From Octopus bimaculoides (lineage: Eukaryota), in NCBI RefSeq assembly GCF_001194135.2, contig NC_068993.1:25465272-25529271 (forward strand): a DNA stretch of 64,000 nt, read 5' to 3'. Under the pieces are notes generated by a model. That model worked only from the letters and a program-made list of their open reading frames with translations. It had not been told where the DNA came from and ran no database searches. The position numbers and the translations under genes were made by a program. Shown in pieces: positions 63,828 through 64,000 of this stretch (within the stretch, counting starts at the first letter, position 1; each line of letters starts with the position of its first letter).

Positions 63828-64000
63828 AGTAAAAATAAATACAAAAAAGGTGGGGGGTTTTTGTATGATTGTGTATAGAGGAATATATTATTTTGCTTAA
63901 AAGAGTTCTAACACTGTCTGTTTTTTATGTTTTATTTATATTCCTGCAGAACTAATGTGGGGTATAGAATATGGAATATACAATATATAATATGATATAC

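Overview
AT-rich, repeat-dense animal genomic DNA with four assembly gaps. The SINE/LINE repertoire and microsatellite load suggest a cephalopod, probably Octopus (inference, not database-verified). One protein-coding gene is supported, on the minus strand. Nine internal exons (44346 to 2827; 1584 nt, 528 codons, no stops, all GT-AG, all phase 1-1) encode an extracellular mosaic protein: cbEGF-CCP-cbEGF-CCP-cbEGF-CCP-CCP-CCP-HYR, with six cysteines in every CCP/sushi domain. Neither the start nor the end of the gene was identified. The introns and upstream region contain layered mobile elements: a decayed Gypsy LTR element with LTRs, PBS and PPT; several RTE LINEs; an R4/Dong-type endonuclease relic; a Helitron 3' end; mariner relics; piggyBac-like MITEs; and many tRNA-derived SINEs. 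The most unusual observations are: (1) two unrelated non-autonomous TIR elements, each with an 8-bp TSD and internal telomere-type (CCCTAA)n tracts, one of them a perfect telomeric palindrome; (2) an RTE LINE with a twin-priming-type 5' inversion; (3) a local duplication that preserves the empty site of a LINE insertion; (4) long hairpins of 48-bp and 178-bp stems; (5) the protein architecture itself. There is no rRNA, true tRNA gene or CRISPR array. Boundaries of decayed repeats are approximate; exon, TIR and TSD coordinates were counted by hand.
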